From Myxococcaceae bacterium (GTDB lineage: Bacteria > Myxococcota > UBA727 > JABDBI01), in assembly GCA_016000045.1 (NCBI GenBank), contig JAECQY010000002.1, positions 95,777 to 159,776 on the forward strand: DNA of 64,000 nucleotides, read 5' to 3'. Positions 1-11,572 of the stretch are shown in pieces. Within the stretch, counting starts at the first letter, position 1. Each line of letters begins with the position of its first letter. The position numbers and the translations under genes are program-made. The notes under the pieces are model-generated. The model did not search any database. It was not told the DNA's origin and worked only from the letters and a program-made list of their open reading frames with translations.

Positions 1-2
1 AT

Positions 3-788
3 ATGGGCGGTGTGGAAGGCGTTGCCAAAGCCAAAGCGGAGCTTTTTGAAGCACTGGAAGAAAACGATATCGGCGTTGTGAACGCAGACGACCCCCGTTG
101 CGTTCGAGAAGCCGAACGAAAACTACGAGCCCAAGTCTTGACATTTGGACATTCGGCATTAGCTGATCTTCGAATCCTGGATTATCAGTCTCCAACCTTC
201 TCCTACAAGGGAGAAATTGCCTCTGCCAAACTATCTCTTTTGGGAGATCACAATGTCCAAAACGCAGCCGGCGCGCTCGCGGTGGCAGTCGCCTTAGGAC
301 TCGACTTTAAGACAGCTGTTCAGAGTTTGGAAAGGCTTCAGCCAACGAGAGGGCGACTAGCACCCTTAACGCTTTCTACGGGATCCCTCCTACTCGATGA
401 CACGTACAATGCGAATTCAGAATCCATGGAAGCGGGCATTTCCGTACTTGGCTCCTTTCATGATCGACGGAGAATAGCCGTTCTTGGCGACATGGGCGAG
501 CTCGGAGGCGTAGCGGCAGAAAGACATCATGCCATCGGTGCCGCTTGCACTCAAAAAGGAATTGATTGGATCTTTGCTTGCGGTGAACACGCAAAACACT
601 ATGGAGAAGGAGCTTTTGAAGCTGGATTCAACATGCAACATTTTGTGTGGGCCAAAGACAGCGTTCAAATCGCAGAAAAACTGATTGACTTTGTAGAACC
701 GAACGATGCTATCTGGATCAAAGGTTCCCGATTCATGAAAATGGAAAGAGTCATTGAGCGTCTGCTTCAGATAAATTCTGTCCTATAA
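3..788 (+). CDS. murF: UDP-N-acetylmuramoyl-tripeptide--D-alanyl-D-alanine ligase MurF, C-terminal part; the gene begins upstream of the window
   Basis: Translation contains the Mur ligase central/C-terminal motifs 'LLDDTYNANSESM' and 'GDMGELG'. The ORF is open at the window edge. Confidence 0.8.
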   Translation: MGGVEGVAKAKAELFEALEENDIGVVNADDPRCVREAERKLRAQVLTFGHSALADLRILDYQSPTFSYKGEIASAKLSLLGDHNVQNAAGALAVAVALGLDFKTAVQSLERLQPTRGRLAPLTLSTGSLLLDDTYNANSESMEAGISVLGSFHDRRRIAVLGDMGELGGVAAERHHAIGAACTQKGIDWIFACGEHAKHYGEGAFEAGFNMQHFVWAKDSVQIAEKLIDFVEPNDAIWIKGSRFMKMERVIERLLQINSVL

Positions 789-1563
789 GAACTTGGTCTC
801 CCAAGATACCTTCGATGAGAGCCGTTTTAGAAATCAGAACCAAGGTAGAACCAAATTCAAATCGACCCAATTCGGCACCTTGTAAGAGAGAGGGCCCTCT
901 ATCTGCATATTCTTGAACCCACCCTGTCGATTGAGCAACGTTTGTCGTGAGCGTCGAGTCGAAAACCAGCTTTACTTTCCCAACCATCGTGGCTCCAACT
1001 GCTACCAGGATGAATTCGGAGCCAAGCCAGCAAACCATGCGCTCATTGACGCAAAAAAGACGGTCGATGTTTTTTACTGCCCACGAATTGACTGGCCACA
1101 GAGTTCCGGGAATGTATCTTACTTTGGTTAAAGAAGCCGTCATCGGCATGTGAAATCGATGATAGTCCCTTGGGGCGAGATAGATGGTCGCGTAAGAAGC
1201 ATCTGCAAATTCAGCCGAAACCTTCTCTCCAATAAGCTCTTCTAAAGAGTACGACTTTCCCTTGATTTGGAGGAGGCAGTTTTCTGTCACCCTACCGCAT
1301 TGCCCCCAGCGACCGTCACACGGGCTGACCACCGAAGCCTCTGCAATGGGTCTTAAGCCCGGTCTTAATTCTCGCGTAAAGAAATCCTGCAAACACGAAA
1401 AAGAGTCTAGCGAATCCTCTATTTCAAAGAAATTGACTCCAAAAAAATTTCCAAATAGGCGATAAAATACGGGTCGAATGAATTTGGGAATGGATAACTC
1501 AGCTATTTTTCCCATCAAACGGGAAAGAGTATTTTTAGGCACTAGCCATAAGATATTTAACAT
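751..1563 (-). CDS. psd: phosphatidylserine decarboxylase proenzyme
   Basis: 270 aa. Psd-like 'YLAPRDYHRFHMP' motif and a C-terminal 'FGSTL' self-cleavage-site-like motif (the GST of LGST). Confidence 0.8.
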   Translation of the reverse strand: MLNILWLVPKNTLSRLMGKIAELSIPKFIRPVFYRLFGNFFGVNFFEIEDSLDSFSCLQDFFTRELRPGLRPIAEASVVSPCDGRWGQCGRVTENCLLQIKGKSYSLEELIGEKVSAEFADASYATIYLAPRDYHRFHMPMTASLTKVRYIPGTLWPVNSWAVKNIDRLFCVNERMVCWLGSEFILVAVGATMVGKVKLVFDSTLTTNVAQSTGWVQEYADRGPSLLQGAELGRFEFGSTLVLISKTALIEGILGDQVLIGQNLSEADAQ

Positions 1564-1603
1564 CCGCTCAGCCTATCAAAGCGACCGAAATCGAGCAAGT
1601 CCG

Positions 1604-2956
1604 CTAAGAAGCAATCGACCAAAGATCACACAGATGCACGCTTTCTTCCAGAAAGCGAGAACGCCTGAGAGCGCGTTCTTGCGGATAGCAAAATGTCAAG
1701 GAGTCCATCGCACGGGTCAAAGCGACGTAGAATAAACGCCTTTCTTCTTCCACTCCATGAGGCTCTCGATAGGACATAAACGAAGGAAAATGCCCTTCCA
1801 CCAGCCAAATCACAAACACATGTTTCCATTCAAGGCCCTTGGCTTGATGAATGCTGGCCAAGGTCACGGCCTTTTGACTGCGCTCGGATTCCTGGCCCTC
1901 CAAAGACCAATCTCGATTTGGAAGCAGCTCTTCAAAATGAATTCTTTGTTTAGACAAAATATTTTTGACTTCTTGGCTGTGGCGATGGGCACGGTAGAGA
2001 ACCGCGATATCGCCCGGTAAAACACCTGATCTGATCAGCTCTTCAATGCGTTGTCCTACAAAGAGAGCTTGTTGGAATGAACTTTGGCAAGGCACCAATG
2101 CCGGCTTGGCCATGCTCCCTCGATTGGGTATCAATTTCTTTTGTAAAGCCAAAGGAAAGCGCTTCAAAGCGGCGTTAGCCAAACAAACGATTTCTTGAGA
2201 TGAGCGATAATTCGTGCTTAAGCTGAGGTGGCTTGCTTCGGGATAAGTGGCCTTAAATCGACGCATGTTACCGGTGTCGGCGCCTCGAAAAGCGTAGATG
2301 CTTTGAGAGTCATCTCCAACCACCATCAGATTTCGATGCGTACTTGCCAAAGCATCGATCAAAGCTCCCTGCAAGCGATTAATATCTTGATACTCATCCA
2401 CTAAAAGGGCTTTGCTGCGAACTCGACCTTCGGTGGCAAATTTTCCAAAATTTAAGAGCAGATCATCAAAATCAACGACACCCGCATTTCTTTTTGCTTC
2501 TAAAAATGACCCATAGAGTTCCGTCAGCCCACTGGGAATCGGTGTTCTTGTATTCAGCGCAAACGAAATCTCTTCAAAAACCTTATCGAGGCTGGAAGCA
2601 CTGCTATTTTTAACAAGACGAAACAAAATATTTTTGGCTTCATCTCGAGAAATCAATCGAATTTCCGGATTTTCTTGCCGCAAAAAAGCAAGCGCGACCG
2701 AATGAAAGGTACCTCCAATAACACCCCGAGCTACGGGGCCACAGATTTCTTCTACTCGGCTCAGCATCTGGCGAGCCGATTTATTGGTAAACGTGAGCAA
2801 AATAATTTGGCCGGGTTCGATCCCTTGCTGAATCAGGTGTGCGACTCGACAAACCAGTGTTCGTGTTTTCCCCGATCCAGCTCCCGCTGAGACTAAAAGA
2901 GAAATCATGGGAGCTCGTACAACCGCTTCTTGTTCTGCGTTTAACTCAGGAATCAC
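1604..2956 (-). CDS. UvrD/Rep-family ATP-dependent DNA helicase (compact form)
   Basis: Walker A 'GAGSGKTRTL', 'VDEYQD' (motif II), and 'LFYVALTRAMDSL' (motif VI). Its 4-bp overlap with the upstream methyltransferase suggests an operon. Confidence 0.75.
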   Translation of the reverse strand: MIPELNAEQEAVVRAPMISLLVSAGAGSGKTRTLVCRVAHLIQQGIEPGQIILLTFTNKSARQMLSRVEEICGPVARGVIGGTFHSVALAFLRQENPEIRLISRDEAKNILFRLVKNSSASSLDKVFEEISFALNTRTPIPSGLTELYGSFLEAKRNAGVVDFDDLLLNFGKFATEGRVRSKALLVDEYQDINRLQGALIDALASTHRNLMVVGDDSQSIYAFRGADTGNMRRFKATYPEASHLSLSTNYRSSQEIVCLANAALKRFPLALQKKLIPNRGSMAKPALVPCQSSFQQALFVGQRIEELIRSGVLPGDIAVLYRAHRHSQEVKNILSKQRIHFEELLPNRDWSLEGQESERSQKAVTLASIHQAKGLEWKHVFVIWLVEGHFPSFMSYREPHGVEEERRLFYVALTRAMDSLTFCYPQERALRRSRFLEESVHLCDLWSIAS

Positions 2957-4215
2957 TGGGGCTCTCCAGAGTAGCGCATCAATACCACGGTCTCAACGGC
3001 CGGAGTCCCACCGAAGAAATCCATCGGCACGATCCGAACAACCTGGTAGCCTTGCCGAACAAACTCTAAAAGATCGCGAGCCATCGCATTCGGGTCGCAT
3101 GAGATCAAAGCCACTCGTTCAGCCTGCAGGGCTGCAATCAAGCAAGCTTCGCTTTGAAGACCCTTCTTAGGAGGATCCACCACAATCCCAGCCCATCGAA
3201 CCGATGAGCGTTCACTTAGATACTCAGCCATACTTCCTCCGTAGACTTGAATCCCCAATTCGTTCAACGACTCGATGCAGAGTGCATTGCTCTCAACTGC
3301 CACCAAATTCGCCTCGCCTTTCTTCAAGATGGCTTTTGAAAAACCACCCACTCCCGCATAAGCGTCACAATAATGACCAGGTCCTTGATACAAAAAATCA
3401 GCGACAAGATCGTACAGACGTTCTGCTTGAATGGGATCCGTTTGACAAAACGAGTCTGGGTGGACGCTTGGTCCCCCTTCTAAGCTTGGGACTCGTTGAA
3501 GGCCTGTTTGACGTCCTGGTTCACCGGCCAAAATATTATTTGATACCGTCGATTGAATGCGTTCCGAGAAACTCAAAAATGGGTTATCCGTAAACAGGAC
3601 ATCTGGAAGGGGTTGAAGGGTAACCACCACAATCGCCACACCCCCTTGAACGGCTCTCAAAATCACAGCCTGCAACCCTTCGGCTTTGGATTCGTTGAGT
3701 TTCGAAAGCAAAATCGGTATCGCCTGGTTGATCGAAGGATCCACATGCGGACAAGCGCTTGCTTCTGAAAACTGGTGAGAATACGGCACATAGACTCCCA
3801 AGCGTAAGTCGCCTGGGTCTCCCGCCACCATGAGTTTCACTTTCTGCCGATAGCCTGTCAGGCTTGGATGAGGCACGACAGCTTCAACGGGCAAGTCCAG
3901 TGCCACACTTGTCAATGCGGCCTGAATTCGGCTCTGCTTCAGTTCGAGCACCAGCGAGTCTTTCACTCCATGCAAAGGACAAGCCGGACAGGGAAGTTTG
4001 TGCCGGCAGGTTCTTGACTCGTGGAACTCCCCCTTACGAGCGAAACGCTTGACTCGGCAGACATAAAGCTTCTGAGCTTTAAAAATACGTTCCACCCGAA
4101 CTTCAACTTGATCACCTGGGAAAGCGCCTCGAACAGCATAGTTCCAGGCATCGTAAAAAGCCCGCCCACGCCCCTCATCGTCGATCGCTTCGATATTTAA
4201 CAGTCTCATTTTCAC
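2953..4215 (-). CDS. RumA/TrmA-family RNA (uracil-5)-methyltransferase with N-terminal TRAM and a 4Fe-4S Cys cluster
   Basis: 420 aa. Cys cluster 'CRHKLPCPACPLHG', SAM-binding 'DAYAGVGGFS', and a C-terminal catalytic region typical of RumA/RlmD. Confidence 0.8.
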   Translation of the reverse strand: MKMRLLNIEAIDDEGRGRAFYDAWNYAVRGAFPGDQVEVRVERIFKAQKLYVCRVKRFARKGEFHESRTCRHKLPCPACPLHGVKDSLVLELKQSRIQAALTSVALDLPVEAVVPHPSLTGYRQKVKLMVAGDPGDLRLGVYVPYSHQFSEASACPHVDPSINQAIPILLSKLNESKAEGLQAVILRAVQGGVAIVVVTLQPLPDVLFTDNPFLSFSERIQSTVSNNILAGEPGRQTGLQRVPSLEGGPSVHPDSFCQTDPIQAERLYDLVADFLYQGPGHYCDAYAGVGGFSKAILKKGEANLVAVESNALCIESLNELGIQVYGGSMAEYLSERSSVRWAGIVVDPPKKGLQSEACLIAALQAERVALISCDPNAMARDLLEFVRQGYQVVRIVPMDFFGGTPAVETVVLMRYSGEPQ

Positions 4216-4341
4216 CTATATTTCCGAGCACAGACTGCACGAGTTAGCGCTAAAATGCTAGAGAGTCGGCTCATGAATAAAAAAACCTTAAAAGCTCTAT
4301 TGGACCTAGATTGATACTCTTCCATCCAGTATAAGGCGCCA

Positions 4342-5319
4342 ATGGCGAATCAGGTCTTCTGGGAACTCAGCAAAAAGTTTAAAAGGCCCTTGACGGCCTT
4401 AGGAGTTATTCCACTTTGGGTGTGTTTCTCGATCTCGCTTTCAAGCCCTGCTGAAGTGGTCAATCCTTTTGCCTTAACCCCTTTTTTCACCTTGCCTCAT
4501 TGGCACGGTGAAACGTGTTCCTATCTTCCGACCGATGGGACGACGGAGTTGGTGCTTCCAGCCAATCTCATGTGCCGTGGCAACGAACCCGGCTGCTACG
4601 AACCTCCTCAATCGTTAGAAGTCGGAATTGCGCTTTTAAATGGCTTTTTTAAAGGCTTTAAGTCAGGAGCCAAGTACTTAGGCAAGAACGATATCGCTGC
4701 TTTGATGGGCGCATTTAATGCGATGGGAGATTTCAGCATTTTATTTTTAAAAGATCGAGCCAATCTAAGAGAAGGAACCATTTTTGCTCTTCGGCTCGCC
4801 CGAGAAGGAGCTCGAGCTGTCACTGGAACAACGATTCAAAGAATTGGAAGCCTGGAAGATCTTTCAAGCCATCGACGGGTTCGAATCTCCATTCCGTCTG
4901 CCGAGTTATCCAAAGCCGCTCTGAAAGTTCCACTCATCCTAGAAAAACAGCTCGACTGGGGCAACGCTGAAACCGATTGGGAAGTTTGGCTTCTTTCATC
5001 CGCCCCTGGACTATTGTTAGCTCTCACGGAGCACTATGCTAGATACTATAAACTGCCTACCCTAAGACCCATGGCTGGGTTTGGGCTTACCATCGCTGAA
5101 ACGGCCAGTTTTTTGAGCATGTGCCCTACAGAACCCAGTTTTTATAAGAACTCTCGGCAACTGGCTCGCATTGGGCTTCATTTCGGTCAATGCCTCTCCC
5201 TATTCCAAAATAGAGACCAAGCTCCCTCTCAACGATTTAAATTATTTACGCTTTTCACGATGCTCGAACACATCGGAGTTGCCGTAGCCGACTCTCTCTA
5301 CTACAAGTGGAACCCATAA
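4342..5319 (+). CDS. hypothetical secreted/membrane-anchored protein
   Basis: 325-aa ORF with an N-terminal hydrophobic segment (LTALGVIPLWVCFSISL). I recognised no family. The downstream hairpin is shared with groEL. Confidence 0.4.
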   Translation: MANQVFWELSKKFKRPLTALGVIPLWVCFSISLSSPAEVVNPFALTPFFTLPHWHGETCSYLPTDGTTELVLPANLMCRGNEPGCYEPPQSLEVGIALLNGFFKGFKSGAKYLGKNDIAALMGAFNAMGDFSILFLKDRANLREGTIFALRLAREGARAVTGTTIQRIGSLEDLSSHRRVRISIPSAELSKAALKVPLILEKQLDWGNAETDWEVWLLSSAPGLLLALTEHYARYYKLPTLRPMAGFGLTIAETASFLSMCPTEPSFYKNSRQLARIGLHFGQCLSLFQNRDQAPSQRFKLFTLFTMLEHIGVAVADSLYYKWNP

Positions 5320-5368
5320 CACATCAACTGGAATCGAATAGCCTCGCAAAGCGACGACAAAAGACGAA

Positions 5369-5395
5369 TAAAAAAACCCTCTCGCCTGGAGAGGG
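5369..5395 (-). terminator. rho-independent terminator downstream of groEL; possibly bidirectional for the 4342-5319 gene
   Basis: On the minus strand, AACCCTCTCCAGGCGAGAGGGTTTTTTTATTCG: a 7-bp GC-rich stem (CCCTCTC/GAGAGGG) followed by a T7 run. Confidence 0.75.
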
Positions 5396-5421
5396 TTGGT
5401 TATTCGGCAAGCGAAAGTGGA

Positions 5422-7071
<1,650 letters not shown>

Positions 7072-7077
7072 TTAAAT

Positions 7078-7362
7078 TTATTGCAAAATCGCCAAGATCT
7101 CGTCTTCTCTCAAGATCATGTGTTCGATTCCATCGACCGTTACTTCACTTCCTGCGTATTTGCGGAAAAAAACGATCTGCCCTTCTTTCACTTCAAGCGG
7201 ACGCAGCGCTCCATTTTCGGTGTATTTGCCTTCACCAACGGCCACAATCAGGCCTTGCATCGGTTTTTCTTGAGCGCTATCGGGTATAAAAATTCCGCCG
7301 ATTTTTTCTTCGGCTTCCAAGCGCTTTACCAATACACGATCATTCAGCGGTTTAAACTTCAT
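7078..7362 (-). CDS. groES: co-chaperonin GroES (10 kDa)
   Basis: 94 aa, '[14 protein letters not shown]...'. Sits 18 bp upstream of groEL with an AAGGAG ribosome-binding site. Confidence 0.95.
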   Translation of the reverse strand: MKFKPLNDRVLVKRLEAEEKIGGIFIPDSAQEKPMQGLIVAVGEGKYTENGALRPLEVKEGQIVFFRKYAGSEVTVDGIEHMILREDEILAILQ

Positions 7363-7391
7363 GTGAATCTCCTTAACTTCGTGCTCTTAGC

Positions 7392-7610
7392 TTAAGCACA
7401 AAATTTAGAGAGACAAGCCGATAGAGTCTTTTTGTTTAAAGTACGCAAAGCTCGAGTCGACAGCGCAACTCGGATAAAGCGACCGGATTCAACATCAAAT
7501 ACGCGTTTCGTTTGAACGTTCGCTTTTAGCTTACGCTTCGTCTTGATATTGGAATGGGAGACACGATTGCCATTCATCCAAGATTTACCGGTCAAAGTAC
7601 AGATTGCCAT
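7392..7610 (-). CDS. rpmB: 50S ribosomal protein L28
   Basis: 'MAICTLTGKSWMNGNRVSHSNIKTKRK...' matches the L28 N-terminus. I place the start at the internal Met of the longer ORF 7392-7739. Confidence 0.75.
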   Translation of the reverse strand: MAICTLTGKSWMNGNRVSHSNIKTKRKLKANVQTKRVFDVESGRFIRVALSTRALRTLNKKTLSACLSKFCA

Positions 7611-7722
7611 AAAAGCTCCTTTAAACCGTGGGACCCTATCATTTTTATTCAATTGGGCAATAGGGTAGAGGATTTTAAGCAACCAAGATTCTAAGCTGCG
7701 AAAGTTGCGCTCAAATTCAAGA

Positions 7723-8244
7723 CTATTGATCTCTGTCAACAGAATTGAGCAACTCGCAGATCTCTACCTCCCAAACTCCCTTAGGCCTGACGATTTCGAC
7801 AATATCTCCAATGCGTTTTCCCAGAAGCGCCTTTGCAACTGGCGAACGTTCAGAGATTGCTCGATCGTGAAATTCGGTCTCCCCTTCTCCAACAATGCGA
7901 AACGATCGAAACTCATCTTGATCGTCTTTAACCACCACCGTGTGTCCAAAAGAAACCGTGCTTTGAAGCCTATGTTCCAAGCAAATCACTTGAACCTCTT
8001 TCAAAAGCTGAGCCAGGTATTGGAGACGTTTATCGATCTCTCTTAAATGCTTTTTTCCGTAGATATACTCAGCATTCTCAGAACGATCACCCTCCGCAGC
8101 GGCGTTTGTAATTCCTCGAACCACTTTAGGACGTTCAACGTGAAGCAAATTTTCATATTCGGCTTTGAGAAGCCGATAGCCTTTTGGGGTCAATCGCTTT
8201 GACATAGTACTCTTTTCTCGATTATCTTTACACCGATGTTTCAT
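7723..8244 (-). CDS. greA: transcription elongation factor GreA
   Basis: 173 aa with GreA/GreB N-terminal coiled-coil and C-terminal FKBP-like domain patterns ('LTPKGYRLLKAEYENL'). Confidence 0.85.
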   Translation of the reverse strand: MKHRCKDNREKSTMSKRLTPKGYRLLKAEYENLLHVERPKVVRGITNAAAEGDRSENAEYIYGKKHLREIDKRLQYLAQLLKEVQVICLEHRLQSTVSFGHTVVVKDDQDEFRSFRIVGEGETEFHDRAISERSPVAKALLGKRIGDIVEIVRPKGVWEVEICELLNSVDRDQ

Positions 8245-8871
8245 GAATTCATACGAGTTTGGTTCAACTGGCTTGAAATCTCTGGTTATTGGGGGGTCGC
8301 GGGTCTCATGGCGTTGGAAAGCTCCATTGTCCCAATCCCTTCGGAATTAGTGATTCCTCCCGCAGCATTTTGGGCCTCTCAAGGACGGCTGTCGTTTGAA
8401 GGAGTCGTTCTGGCTGGAACCTTGGGAAGCTACATCGGTTCTTCTATCAGCTATTGGCTTTGCCGATGGCTCGGGCATCCTTTGCTCGAACAATACGGAA
8501 GATACCTTGGGATTAGCCCCATCAAGGTTCAAGAAGCAGAAAGGTGGATCCATCGTTTTGGAATTACCGGAATTCTCATCGCACGATTTTTACCGGTTGT
8601 TCGACACCTTATCTCGATGCCAGCAGGGCTCTTTCGAATGCCGTTTGGAGCCTTTTCTGGGATGACGATCCTCGGTTCAGCTGCCTGGTGCACAATCTTA
8701 ACCTGGGTTGGGCAAGAAATTCTAGGTGATCAACCTGAGCTCTTAAACTCCCCCGAAGTGATGATCGCAGTCATTCGAGACAAGCTTCACTGGATTTTGG
8801 TTTTCGCCCTGCTTCTCAGCGGATTATACGGCTTAACCCTTTGGTTTAAACACGACCGTCAAGTGGACTAA
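8236..8871 (+). CDS. DedA/SNARE-associated family membrane protein
   Basis: 211-aa multi-TM protein with DedA-like N-terminal 'GYWGVAGLMALESSIVPIPSE'. Confidence 0.7.
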   Translation: MFHEFIRVWFNWLEISGYWGVAGLMALESSIVPIPSELVIPPAAFWASQGRLSFEGVVLAGTLGSYIGSSISYWLCRWLGHPLLEQYGRYLGISPIKVQEAERWIHRFGITGILIARFLPVVRHLISMPAGLFRMPFGAFSGMTILGSAAWCTILTWVGQEILGDQPELLNSPEVMIAVIRDKLHWILVFALLLSGLYGLTLWFKHDRQVD

Positions 8872-9899
8872 TCGTTCTCCATAAACCAAAACGCTGTTTT
8901 ATAGGGAAAGCTAGTCTCCGCGTTTGCCAGGATCACGATGCCTAACTTCTTGTCCGGGTTAAAGGCGATAAAGCTGCGAAACCCTTTCACCCAGCCTCCA
9001 TGAAATACTAAGATTTCGTCATTCAGATCTTCCATGCGACGGAATCCATATCCATAAAAGGTCTTGGGTTTTCGAAACTTAAACGCTCGGAACACAGCAT
9101 CGCTGTGAGCCGTTCGAACGTATGGCTCCCACAATTTACCCAGCTCTTTGTGCGTTAGCATAAATTTCAAGTATTCCGCCATATCTCGTCCCGTCGAGTT
9201 CACTCCTGCAGCAGACGGAACGTTATCGTGGTAAAAATGAGAAAAATTAGAGCTTGGGGTAAATCCTTTGCGATACGGCACGTGGGGCCAAGCCATGTTT
9301 TTAATATTGCGAAAATTACTCGAACCGATCGAAGTTCGATCCATCTTGAGTGGCTCAAAGAGATTTTTTTTCATGGCATATTCAAATGGAAATCTTGTCG
9401 CAGATTCAATCATTTCTTCAATTTGGCTAAACGCCACGTTATGATAGTCGTAATAGATTCCAGGCGCGCGATGAGTTGTACGCGAGAGTTGCTCAATCAA
9501 AGAAGAACGGCCCGTACCGGATTCGATTTTTTTATTCCAACCGCTGCGGCTGTAACCTGTGGTGTGACTTAAGATGTAGCGAGCATCGGATGACTCAATG
9601 CTCAGTTGCTCTTTCTGCTCCAGCAATGCTGCGAGTGTCGCACTCATCGGTTTAGAGATTGAGCCAATTTGGAAAATCGTATCTTCGTTCACCGCATTCG
9701 ATTTACCCTTTTTAATCAGCCCATAGGAACGAACCAGGGAAATCTCCCCGTTTTCGACCACGGCGACAGAGGCCCCGACAAACTGGCCGCGACGCAGCTG
9801 GTTTTGGATGTGTGCATCCAGTTCAAAAATGCTCTTCGCAAAAGCCGAACACGCCAACAAAGAGAAAAACAAGAGCCGCATGAAGTCGAGCTTTAGCAT
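8868..9899 (-). CDS. secreted serine hydrolase, beta-lactamase/transpeptidase-like family
   Basis: Signal peptide, then an SxxK active-site motif 'GSISKPMSA'. 343 aa. Confidence 0.7.
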   Translation of the reverse strand: MLKLDFMRLLFFSLLACSAFAKSIFELDAHIQNQLRRGQFVGASVAVVENGEISLVRSYGLIKKGKSNAVNEDTIFQIGSISKPMSATLAALLEQKEQLSIESSDARYILSHTTGYSRSGWNKKIESGTGRSSLIEQLSRTTHRAPGIYYDYHNVAFSQIEEMIESATRFPFEYAMKKNLFEPLKMDRTSIGSSNFRNIKNMAWPHVPYRKGFTPSSNFSHFYHDNVPSAAGVNSTGRDMAEYLKFMLTHKELGKLWEPYVRTAHSDAVFRAFKFRKPKTFYGYGFRRMEDLNDEILVFHGGWVKGFRSFIAFNPDKKLGIVILANAETSFPYKTAFWFMEND

Positions 9900-9904
9900 A
9901 AAAT

Positions 9905-10681
9905 CTAGATTCGCTTAAAGCGACAAATCCAAGAGCCTGCCCAAAGACAAAAGAGGGAAAACAAGCAAAGTGCCCCCAGGCAATATTCAAGGCTCAGGGT
10001 GCTTGTCACACTCCCCATCGGAGCAACGCCTCCCGCAAACGCGGCACGAAGGCCTGAAACCAGCCAGGCAATGGGATTGATCAAAACGGCCCACTGCATC
10101 CACTGCGTGCTTGGGGGAAACATCGCCCCGGATAGAATCCACATCGGAATCAGAATCACGCTCATCAAAGCGTGATAAGCAGCCGAAGACGTGCTAAGCC
10201 AAGCCAATACAAAGCCCAAGCCTGCCATTGAAAAGCCTCCTAAAAACAAAAAAATCGATACTAAGAGCCAATCTGCTTGCATCATCGGAACCTTCAAGAA
10301 AAGACCGACCGCCATGAAAAGCAGCGCTTGTATAAGAGCAATGCTGGTAACCCCTAAAATTTTTCCAAGAACCAACGCAAAGCGAGTCCCGGGAGCCACC
10401 AAAACAGCTTGCATAAAACCCGAACTGCGATCATCGATTAAAGTGATGGTTGAAAAAATCGAAGCAAAAAGAAGGACCATCGCAATAATGCCAATAAAAA
10501 AGAAACTGAGATAATCTAAATCAGCATTTTCAATCACGTGGAAGCTCGGCGAGAATCCAGAGCCAATCACAAGCCAAAAAAGAAGAGGTTGAATCACCAC
10601 GCCCATCAATCGGGTCGGTTCCTTCTTCATACGCAACAATTCACGAGCCCAAAGAACCCCTATCATTCGAAGATCATTCAC
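9905..10681 (-). CDS. ABC-2 type transporter permease
   Basis: 258-aa polytopic membrane protein. Its 4-bp overlap with the upstream ABC ATPase suggests translational coupling. Confidence 0.7.
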   Translation of the reverse strand: MNDLRMIGVLWARELLRMKKEPTRLMGVVIQPLLFWLVIGSGFSPSFHVIENADLDYLSFFFIGIIAMVLLFASIFSTITLIDDRSSGFMQAVLVAPGTRFALVLGKILGVTSIALIQALLFMAVGLFLKVPMMQADWLLVSIFLFLGGFSMAGLGFVLAWLSTSSAAYHALMSVILIPMWILSGAMFPPSTQWMQWAVLINPIAWLVSGLRAAFAGGVAPMGSVTSTLSLEYCLGALCLFSLFCLWAGSWICRFKRI

Positions 10682-11442
10682 GATAGTTCCACCCCTGTCA
10701 CTTTTAAAAAGGCTTCTCGCAGTCCGGGTGTAGAGCGACGAATCACCTCCGGTTCACTTTCAACCCGTCTTTTGAGTTCTTCCGGCGTTTCAGAAACAAT
10801 AATCTTTCCATGATGAAGAATAAGAAGACGATCACAGCGCTCTGCTTCTTCCACCTTATGGGTATTCACCAAGGCAGTGACTTGGCTCTGTCTCAGATTC
10901 TCCCAAAAATCTTCAAAAGCCTTCAAGTCCAATCCACTGGTTGGCTCATCTAAGAGTGCGATCGAGGGCTCGTGCAAAAAAACACGAGCTAATTCAAGTT
11001 TTCGCTTCATTCCACCGGATAGTTCTTTGACCGGACGCAGAAGATCGACACCGGGAAGAAAATTGGGAACTTCGGTCTTTCCATACAAAGCAGCTGCCAA
11101 AATCAAATTTTCACGGCCAGTCAATTTAGGATCCAAACTGCATTCCTGAAAAACCGCGCCCAGCTTCCTTCGAACCCAGCGATCCAGTGGCTGACCATCA
11201 AACAAAATCTCCCCAGATTGAAGCCTTAAAATTCCGGTCAAAAGTCGAAACAAGGTGCTCTTCCCTGCACCATTGACTCCCAATAGTCCGACAATCTCCC
11301 CTCGCTTGACTTCGAACGAAACCGAGTCCAGGACGATATTTTTTCGATACGAGTAGGAGAGTTGATTTACAACAAGCTGCATAACACCACATCCACTGCC
11401 AAGAGCAAAAACAAGACCGTTTGATAGACCAGCGAAGCCCAA
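10678..11442 (-). CDS. ABC transporter ATP-binding protein
   Basis: Walker A 'GVNGAGKST', ABC signature 'LSGGMKRKLELA', and Walker B 'LLDEPTSGLD'. Confidence 0.85.
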   Translation of the reverse strand: MGFAGLSNGLVFALGSGCGVMQLVVNQLSYSYRKNIVLDSVSFEVKRGEIVGLLGVNGAGKSTLFRLLTGILRLQSGEILFDGQPLDRWVRRKLGAVFQECSLDPKLTGRENLILAAALYGKTEVPNFLPGVDLLRPVKELSGGMKRKLELARVFLHEPSIALLDEPTSGLDLKAFEDFWENLRQSQVTALVNTHKVEEAERCDRLLILHHGKIIVSETPEELKRRVESEPEVIRRSTPGLREAFLKVTGVELS

Positions 11443-11572
11443 GTACTTCTGCGTTTCAGGGGTGCATAGATCAAAACATAGCTCAGCAACGCCATGAGCG
11501 TAATTCTAGGTTTTGTAAGTGCAACGAGGTTTAAGGTCATGGCAGGTAGGAGACAGGGGTAGCAACAAGGTT

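Noticed and set aside
7363-7760. CIRCE heat-shock operator upstream of groES
   Set aside because: No match to TTAGCACTC-N9-GAGTGCTAA on either strand. Only a weak 5-bp palindrome was found; it is reported as a finding rather than as a feature.
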